A DNA stretch of 63,754 nt, filler included, from Collodictyon triciliatum (Eukaryota), in NCBI GenBank assembly GCA_043381765.1. It is 4 parts of 4 records of this genome, joined end to end, with 100 filler letters (N's around TTAATTAATTAA, not from the genome) between each part and the next. Parts side by side here need not be neighbours in the genome. Positions count along the whole stretch, not along the records: positions 37,224 to 57,596 come from JBHJMP010001239.1; positions 57,697 to 63,754 come from JBHJMP010001251.1; 2 more parts are not named here. The stretch is one strand, 5' to 3'. This document shows positions 54,901 through 63,754 of the stretch, one piece after another; the first letter of the stretch is position 1, and the number at the start of each line of letters is the position of its first letter. The notes below the pieces were generated by a model that was given only the letters and a program-made list of their open reading frames with translations, ran no database searches and was not told the origin of the DNA. The position numbers and the translations under genes were made by a program.

Positions 54901-56333
54901 TATGAATCCATTTTCATTTAAATTGCAATATAGTCTATCTTTGCTCTCAAAAGTTACAAACATGTATCGCCTCACCTTCGGTTTTGTTGAGTCTATTCGA
55001 ACAGCTAGTTCGTGTGCAGAAAACCCTCCAAATACCACAACATGAGGAGCTCCTGTTAAGTTTCAAGAAAAGTCGAGCTTAGGTATGCATTTATACAGAA
55101 ATAAAAATAAAATAGAATTCGAATAGTTGGAAACATTTTAGCGCTGAAGCGACACACGCTTCCCAGGCAATTTTTTTTTAGGCGTTAATAAGTTAATTGT
55201 ACGCCCTTTAGCAGATGAAATCCACTGTTCAAAACATTTTTCATATTTAACCTATCCTGGCTGAACCCAGCATGGCAAATACAGCTTCAGGCACCATTGG
55301 CAAATATACCATAACAAAGTCTCCTTTCTTAACACCAAGATTTAAGAAAATGGATGAAAACTTGCAAACATGTTCCCTCAGCTGGTTGAAAGTATACATT
55401 TGTGACTCTACATAATGTGGTGTAAAATATACGTGGGTCAAGATAGCTATTCTTGAATAAAAAAAATGGAAGAAAAGAAAAGAAGACCGAACAGCCCACC
55501 CATATTTCATTTTGATTATTTCTAGATATTTCATTATCTGTTCTTTGGATCTAAAGGAATACTATCCTCTTTTTTAACAAACGAAAATTTACTAGAAGTC
55601 ACCGGACTTTCATATATGAGAGCTAGATTCTCTCCTCGATTATGATGGTCGATATGACGGTCAATCGCATTGTAGCAGATATTTGTCTTTGCACCTGGAG
55701 TAAAACGTTGTCAGATTATGCCCGCATAGAGATAAAATAGGTATTATGATGGATTTTTGCATATAATACAAGGCCATCAGTAAAATATACATCTATAAAA
55801 TGTCCATGAAAAAAAAGAATATTATAACTGGGTATTATTTGAATTGAGATGAATCAAATTTGTAACGTAATAGCACACCTACAAACCACTTTGTCGAGGG
55901 ACTGTTGGACTCGTCAAGGACCTGTTTATAAAAAGAGAAGAAAGCATGTTGCAATATCAAAATTAGAATGCAATACATTGAATAGGCTCTATAAACTTGA
56001 GTCTCATGAATAGGCATGCACTTTATCCCATCTTTTGAACCAGGTTAAATGTTGAGCTTCTTTTGCCCAAAATGCAGCTGGGTTTTCAATTGACTCCTTG
56101 TGCTCATTTTCATATCCCCTTTTGGTAGAATACCTAGAGGAAAGATGTCAACGCCAGTAAGCAACTTTATTTTTTTTTTGATTTCATTGCAATTGGAAAA
56201 TATGCAATCTAATAATCTGGACTCTGGAGGCCTGACTGAGAAGAGATTTTAAAATACATATCCTTTTCATTTTAACAAAAGCACTGTACCCTCGAGTTAT
56301 GGGTAGCTCACGTTCACGGACGCTAGAAAATAC
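51916..56333 (-). CDS. Short-chain acyl-CoA synthetase, propionyl-CoA synthetase (PrpE/ACSS3)-like; multi-exon, 5' end unresolved
   Basis: [131 protein letters not shown]. Confidence 0.93.
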
Positions 56334-57498
56334 CTTATTATCAAGAATGTCAGTGAGAAAAAAATTCTAAATAAAAACCGACATGGAGCAATGCAAATTA
56401 CATTTTTCTCAGAGAAATAGGATATGAAGCAAAGGATGTATTCTGAAGAGGGAGATGTATGCGTTGATTACCCCTATAGTTGACAACAGATTATGATAAG
56501 TCCGTTTCAAGACACTCATACTAATTTTGATGGCACCTTGCATCTGATTGGTTGAGTATTAGAATTATGAAGAATATTTGGTATCAGTATTGCGCCAGGA
56601 AGAAACACACAGTTTGAATTGGCGTAGTTCATGAAGGAAAATATCAGGTGCGAAAAAATACTTTTCCTTTCCTTCTTTTCATTTGTTTCTTTTTCTTTAT
56701 TCTTTATTCTTTTTTCTTTTCTTTTCAATTTCTTTTTCTTTTTCTTTTTTCTTTTTTCTTTTTTTGCTCTGCAAAGAAATGGTGTCACTACTGTTTCGAC
56801 TGAACCGTGCGGCTCGTCGCGATGAATCCTGCGTCCGACAACAAGTGTAGTTTGGGGGTTTCTTGAAACTCTTTTGCCTGGCGCTTCACGTTCTTGATAG
56901 TGGGGTGCGCGACTGTCTCCGTTCCTTTGGCTGCGTGGTAACTGACATCTGGCAAGCAGCTGGAAAAGGAAGTCAAACAGTCCACATTAAGCTATTGGCT
57001 GATGACATGGATTCGTTTATCTTTTCCACATCTAGTACATATTTCCAGTAAAGGGAATTAAAAGATTTAGGATTTAGAGTTATTTTCAAGCGTCACGATG
57101 TGATGTCATCATATACGCAGACGGAAAATTAAACAAAGCCAAACCAACACAGAAGCAATCAATTAATGGGTGGGGATAAATCAGAAACCCATTTTTCTGG
57201 CAAGAGATTCTGCAACAAGAGAAGGAGTTCAATAAATAAAATGTATTTTTTCTTCATTTCTGAGTTGAGTATTTCGAACTCATAGGCCACGCAGTCAAAC
57301 CAAAAACTCCTTACAAAATAGAAGTACACGAAAGAAAGACTGAATAACTGAGAGAGCAAGCGAACACTTGATCAATAACGTACCATACTCACCTGCAATT
57401 GCACAGCACCTTACTGCCCCTCCAACAAGAATAATAACCCGCATTCCCATTACAGTTGTGCAGATAGAAGGAAACTCCACTCGCAACACAGAGACAGA

Positions 57499-57596
57499 GA
57501 CAAAGACAAAGACAAAGACAAAGACAAAGACAAAGACAAAGACAAAGACAAAGACAAAGACAAAGACAAAGACAAAGACAAAGACAAAGACAAAGA
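57499..57596 (+). repeat. (ACAAAG)n microsatellite at contig end
   Basis: Direct inspection. Confidence 0.95.
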
Positions 57597-57696
57597 NNNN
57601 NNNNNNNNNNNNNNNNNNNNNNNNNNNNNNNNNNNNNNNNTTAATTAATTAANNNNNNNNNNNNNNNNNNNNNNNNNNNNNNNNNNNNNNNNNNNN
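57597..57696. other. Artificial contig spacer
   Basis: N-run / TTAATTAATTAA / N-run. Confidence 0.98.
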
Positions 57697-57949
57697 TTGT
57701 TTTTTGTTTTTTGTTTTTTGTTTTTTTTGTTTTTTTTGTTTTTTGTTTTTTGTTTTTTGTATTTTGTGTTCTATTGAGTTTCAACACTGTCCCGGGTAAC
57801 TTTGCCTCAATTATCGAGCCCTTATCAAAGCAAAGATCACCCTTCATTGCAAGAGACCTTCTGGTAACCACGCGAAAGAGAGGTTACGGCTCTTCTTAGA
57901 GTTTTGAACTTCGGATGTATTTTCTGTCTCGACGCTCTGCTTCATATCA

Positions 57950-59230
57950 CCACAATGAATCCGGCCGCATGGTAATTACAAAAATGAAGTGGAATGATAT
58001 AAACTTTTACGTGACATACACATTAAGCCAGCGAGAAAATCGAAAGAGAAAAGTTCATCAGCGAAACCTATAGAACCTGATACTGATAATAGGGCAGCAA
58101 GGAAGGAAGGGCACTGTCAAGTATTGGATGGAGTCGGTTTTGATGAAGCTCTTAGTAAATGTTAAATAGAGCTGTAGATCGGCAAGGCATGTATACTCAG
58201 GGATTATGGGACTTAACAAGTCATCAAGACATCTCTCCTGGGACTTCTATACAGCTTGATCGCAGATGCAGACAATATTCTGGATGGCTTTACAGAAGCA
58301 ATGGTGCACCAAATACAAATAAAGAGGATGCAATTGACCTCGGAGACTGGCGCCTGATATCGCTGCCCAACAACGACTACAAGATATTTGCCGCAATCCT
58401 AAGAAACCGAATCCCTGATATCGCCGACAGGCTCATATCAAAGGAGCAAATAGGATTCATGCGTGACAGGAACATCGACACAAACATATGGCTCGTGAAC
58501 AAGGAATACATGGAATGTCAAGTTTTAAGTCCTCGATGGCTTTGTCTTACTCCAAATTCTTTTGATACAAAATATCGCCGCCGACACCCTACAAAAAGTC
58601 AAAACATCAACGGTGGAGAGAAACCCCAGGCATCACCCACACCCTGCTCACCGCGAGCTGGAGACAAGCACCAACCCCGCAAGTCCTTCCAAATCACCGC
58701 TCTCTCATGCTTAATATCACCAATAGGGAGCTATGGATAGGCACACGCGCGGCAAAAGCTGGCAAAGTCTCCCAACAATGCACGCTTTGCAGCAACAGTG
58801 ATGAATCCATGGAGCAAACATTTGTGCAATGTCCCTTCGCTCAAAACCTGTGCAAAAAGCCGGTGAGATTCTACGACTGACACTTAAGACGACTGCAGCT
58901 GTTGACCCAATCCAGGGGATATTTGGACCTCTGCAACAGCTGCGTCCAGATGCAAAAACATTCTGGGTAGTAACGCGAGGCCATTTGCTATGGACTATGT
59001 GGATAGCACGCATATACTCACGCAAAGCTAGACTCAACAACCAGCCACCCATTCCTGATAACAGGCTGGTTGACATCATACAAATCTCTTTCCATACAGC
59101 TTTCTTCGCCACCTGCACGTTCTCTACTACTCCGACCCCGTGAGAAGAGACATATGGAAAGAAGCTGAGAAAGATATTAAACCTCGCCTTGTATCTCTCA
59201 TGCAAGCGCAAGACCCAGGCTACAGGCCAA
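57950..59230 (+). mobile_element. Internally deleted non-LTR retrotransposon (L1/Tx1-like ORF2) remnant
   Basis: RT N-terminal motif DWRLISLPNNDYKIFAAILRNRI...LISKEQIGFMRDRNI (about 58340-58500). Zinc-knuckle remnant CTLCSNSDESMEQTFVQCP (about 58789-58835). C-terminal LLWTMWIAR (about 58985-59010). Possible APE remnant GRMVITKMKW near 57963. Frameshifted and lacks the catalytic YADD region. Confidence 0.85.
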
Positions 59231-59520
59231 AGCGCAGATGCAATTGCTGATTACCGACTACTTCTCCGCCACCCGGCCGCCAAGTAGCGTCCATGCAAAC
59301 GATGGCCAGCGAACTAAAGCCAACATTTCTGCCATCTTGCACAAAATTGAAAGGAAGAATAAAAAAATCCACAATAAAATGGGTTTATTAGCTGGGCATT
59401 ATAGCTTTGGCTTTGTGGAAAAAATAAATATACGATCGTGATAGATTATTGAAAGATGCACTTGAAAGAGCTTTGCAACAAATTCTTTCATGGTTACTCG
59501 CGAAATAGGAAGTAGTGGGT

Positions 59521-59596
59521 AAGTCAGGAATTCAGCTTCCGTACCAAGCTGACCTGCTCCCGAATCCAACACGCGTTACTGCTTTCAACCAAGGCG
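59521..59596 (-). repeat. Copy 1 of a diverged 76-bp dispersed repeat (inverted relative to 63125-63200)
   Basis: Gapless manual alignment with the reverse complement of 63125-63200: 63/76 identities. Confidence 0.9.
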
Positions 59597-60759
59597 AAAC
59601 ATATATGAAGAACTTTAGTCGAACAAAAGTAACCATTTCTTTGAATTGAATACAAAGGAAAAGAAAAATCAATTGTCACACCGAACTTAAAGGCAGTCAA
59701 GAATCTAAAACTTTCAATCAAAATGGATTATTGGCCATAGTCTCCTAAAAGATTGCTTTTTTATACAGAATATTTAATATAAAGATCTATCAAAACAATC
59801 AAATTAAAAATGTAATGCAAACCAGAACCCAGAAACTATCAGTTTGTGTCTAGGTTTTGTAAGGCACCAAAATAGGTCGGAGAAGATACTCGATGGGAAG
59901 CCCGCCTAACTTGAGTCTGCTCCAAATACCAGCCTTTTCTTTTAAATAAACCATTAAATACATATAATAGAATGGTATATTTGTTTTTGGCTATTTATTG
60001 AATCAATAAGTAATTGAAAATAAAAGAAAACGAAAGAAAAGAAAAGAAAAGAAAGTGACAAGGTGGCAAAGAAGGAGAAAATTATCAAGCTATTAAACTG
60101 ACTTTGAATTCCAACATCGATATGTGCCTGCAATGCTATCAAATTCTACAACGCGCGGTGAAAGTATCAAATTGATTTGATTCACCAGTTTTTTTTTGAA
60201 TCGCAGACTGCATCCCTTTCAAGCAGATATCTGAATGGACAATTTCAATCAGTTGGGTGTTTGATGCGCACGAATATGCTTACCTCTTCAATTGGTCTAA
60301 GGCGATAATCTGGTGCTTTCGTTTTTAATAATATGGATTCACATATGCTTGAATTAATGAAATCTTCGATTGACCCGCATATTATTATTTTGTCCAGTTG
60401 CAATATTTATTTCTTTTAAAAGGGCGGTTGCAAAAATAATAAGAACGCCATTTTAAGTTGGATATTCTAACCGAAAGTGATGGAATGGTTTGCAACTCTG
60501 ACTATCATTTTTATTCGTGGTAATTTGCTTTCAAGGCAATCACAAACCTGTATATCCAGATAATCAAGACATCGGCCACATATTTTTCACTCTTGTCCCG
60601 TCTATCACTTTTCATGATTTTTGGTTCGGATGCCTTGTGCAACAAAAATTTATTATGGATATATAATTGACTAATGACTATGTCTTTTGACTCTCTTTCT
60701 GCTAACCCAACTCCCAAAAAAAAAAAATATTTTTTTAGCAGATCATATACGTAGCAGTT

Positions 60760-61250
60760 CACTTGACTGGCACAACCCCATCGGCACCACGGACACACAG
60801 CCTATGAGGCTACAATACCAAAAGAGTTGATCAAGGGTGGGGTAGTATATCAAACGCTAGCAAATAACAATTATTATTGAAGGTATACAATAAGGGCAAA
60901 AGATGAGTCCTTTCAACGAAACTTTTCTATGATCGGCTCTGACCTCGCCTTGCATAATCCCTGGCTTATATTATGTTGCTTACCAACCAAAACTCAAAGC
61001 TTTCCAGAAAACTCATTTATATACTGAAATAACAAAGAATTCAACTATTCTAATATCACAGCCCAATTTTTTAGGGCCCCCTATCATTACAACAATCACA
61101 AGCCAAGGAGAGATAGGACTGTCCTGATTTCGGAGCATCCTTTTGCGGAGCATTGTTGGCCAGGCATCCACATTACCTGAGCTATCCCTAATTTTTTTTT
61201 ATTTTATCAATAAAGCTATAGCCCAAGAGTTAGATAAATAATACTAGTTT
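60760..61250 (-). mobile_element. Highly decayed non-LTR retrotransposon fragment
   Basis: Minus-strand translation gives LRNQDSPISPWLVIVVM (about 61085-61135; resembles RT motif RQGDPLSP.LF..VM) and PTLDQLFWYC (about 60812-60842; resembles the zinc-knuckle ET..HLFW.C). Multiple stops. Confidence 0.5.
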
Positions 61251-62539
61251 ATGGCGGATTCAAATACCATCTCGTGCAGTTTATGACACCTCCCAGGGGG
61301 CGGTGGCGATTGAGTATCTGGTCGCTGTACTGCTCAAATCATTCTCACATTAATGGATATTCCACACACGCATAGTTTAAGTACGTCTCTCAGGCGTTCC
61401 TTCTTTGCTTTCAGGCTGGTTTTTTTCTATTTGCTTTTATCTTCTCAAATCGGCATTTTTCATAGGATTTGTGTAATATTGGAGAAAGAAATATCTAATT
61501 CTTCGTTCATATATTACACCTATACTTACACCTCGTTTATAATTTTATTTTTCGATTAAGTAACAATGCCGTCAAAATAATATGCCATGAAGATAATTAT
61601 CAGTATTATAGGCTAAGCTCCTTATCCCCTGGTGGGCCTGAGGGATTGCTGATGAGAAAGGACTAGAAATCAATTGTCGTGGGAAGGCCTTTTAACATAA
61701 TAGTCGAATTACACTAACATAGGCCACATCGACATATATCTCGATATTTGCATTTATTTTTCATGTATCCATATAAAAACTAATACCTGAATGCCGCATA
61801 TTGCCTATAGGATAAAAAAATTGGTTGAGCTGAGGCTAAAAAAGAGAAAAAAAGTCCACTTTAATGACCGTATCCCCTGCGACTGAAGCTGTTCAATTGA
61901 CAAAATATGGGTAAAATAAAATTTTTAGCCGTCAGCTTGCCTCTATGAGAATAATCAGGGCTCTCTATATTGGCCTCATGGCATATGATACAATTCTTCA
62001 AAAATCTAAATTAAATTGACCCAAAATATTAATTATTCACCCAAATACTTTCCATCAATATAGAAGAAGGATGATTAAATATACATGATCAATAAGCGAG
62101 TAATCTCTTTTCTTTTCATGATTTTGAATACCAGATTCTTTTTTGTTCAATCTATCCAGCTTCAAAAAACAATTTATTTGACTAATGTATACCTGGTATT
62201 CAACATGATTAATATCCAACTGATCAACCTTCATAAATTCTGCAAAAAATCAAGATTGTGTGGACAAGAATATTGTGAAATCATTTTGCAGAATTCGAAG
62301 AAATCTACTTGAATTTATATATATTGGTAACTACAAGATATCTAATAATCTCGAAATCATGAATAAACTTAACAATTCTAATAGCCTTATGATAGTCGTT
62401 CGTTCAACGGGACACTTTTGATCACAAACTACTTCAGTCAATCGGGATTAAATATGGGAAGATTTATAAGATTTTCTACATATATTTTGATTTTATGATT
62501 CTAAATAATCGATAAAGTCTAATTCTTTGCTCTTTATAT

Positions 62540-63640
62540 ATTCTTGCAATTACTATTCATAGGGCACCGATGGAATGGGATAATATATGACTTTAAAGAA
62601 AACAAGTTGGAAAAATATGGTGATTGAATTAAACGTAATTAAAGGTTTTTCATGGAAAATACTCCCAGAAATATTTTTTATCATACAAAAATCCACTTTA
62701 AATCGAATTAAGGAAAAAATCATACAGAATTTCGACTATCTAAATAAATTGATGTTTTATCAGGATGTACTCTGACAAAAGCTATTTATAATGGCAGTTC
62801 ACGAACTTTCAAGCAAAAGCCCATATTTCACTGTACTTCATCATACAAGACTTTTTTTGCTCCCATTTTGGGGTCACATCCAAGTCATACTGCAAGTTGA
62901 CACTTTATTTTTTTTTTTAAAAAAAAAAAGCACTAATTTTTTCAAAGCTTAAATAACTGTAGTTAAAAACATACTTGTTACTTCTAATGATAGAAAATAT
63001 AAGCAAAATTATTAATCTCATGTTATAGAAAATTGATAAACCTGATTGATATTTTTTCGTCTATTCGATTCAAGTGAGGGAAGGATTTTTAGATTTTTTT
63101 TTTACAGTCCGACTTAATTGTATGCGCCTTAGTTGAAAGAAGTAACGCTTGTCGGATAAGGGTGCAGGCCTGCTTGGTACGGAAACTGGATTCATGACTC
63201 ATCACTATGCACCCTAGAGGGAAATCTGATTGATATTAAACGATAGAATATCAAATACGCACAAATTTCAATTATAAATGCATAAAGCCTAAAAAGTAGC
63301 AAATTTATTATCAATTAGACTTCGTTCATAATTTTAGGCCTTGTTTCGGGTAATAGTTCTAGCTGGCTGCTTCTAATACTAACTGAAAAATCAGTAGTTT
63401 GTTTAATATACCATCTTTAATATTATTTATTTATATTCAATCGGAAGCAGTTCAAACTCGAGTCATAGGTGAAGCTCAGAAACAGTTGAAAACTGAAGGA
63501 ATAATAGACGAAATCCATGGGAAAGGGAACTAATTCGATCTACTACATGGATGAAGGAGAAGGGGAGGTGGATTGGCGGTTCTTAGCTTCCTCAATTCTA
63601 TAAAATGAAAGTCTAACATCGTACGGTGGGTTATATTATG
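62540..63640 (+). mobile_element. Possible highly decayed non-LTR retrotransposon fragment(s)
   Basis: S*GTDG...LKKTSW near 62560-62610 resembles SPGPDG...FYK..W. RGGGLAVL...NIVRWV near 63560-63630 resembles the post-RT GGLG...KW motif. The similarity is weak. Confidence 0.35.
63125..63200 (+). repeat. Copy 2 of a diverged 76-bp dispersed repeat
   Basis: Gapless manual alignment with the reverse complement of 59521-59596: 63/76 identities. Confidence 0.9.
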
Positions 63641-63665
63641 TGTCTTAGTCCAGCTATTCATCATC

Positions 63666-63696
<31 letters not shown>

Positions 63697-63754
63697 AAAA
63701 TAAATTTTTTTTTTTTATTATTTTTTTAAAAAAAACCCAAAAAAAAAAAATTAT

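Noticed and set aside
61649..61670. CTGATGAG...GAAA hammerhead ribozyme core
   Set aside because: Stem II cannot close (no G-C pair before GAAA) and I found no supporting stems I or III.

Overview
Eukaryotic nuclear DNA from an intron-rich, flagellated, mitochondriate protist (lineage not identifiable from sequence alone). The window is four contigs joined by artificial N-TTAATTAATTAA-N spacers (20523-20622, 37124-37223, 57597-57696), so adjacency across spacers means nothing. Splicing by hand gives: contig 1, a T7-type mitochondrial RNA polymerase and a 3'-truncated DNAH1-like axonemal dynein heavy chain. Contig 2, an intronless two-repeat multi-pass membrane protein, a threonine aldolase, a 12-TM two-domain adenylyl cyclase and a heme-less sulfite oxidase ending in PKL. 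Contig 3, a TMEM223-like protein, CFAP46 and a propionyl-CoA-synthetase-like ligase. Contig 4, decayed non-LTR retrotransposon fragments. The most notable observations are two candidate minor-spliceosome (U12-type) introns in the dynein gene, very degenerate major-class splice signals, a tmAC-architecture cyclase whose two catalytic domains both look nearly complete, and a plant-like, probably peroxisomal sulfite oxidase. I found no convincing wholly new multi-gene system. All homology calls come from motif recognition, not database searches.
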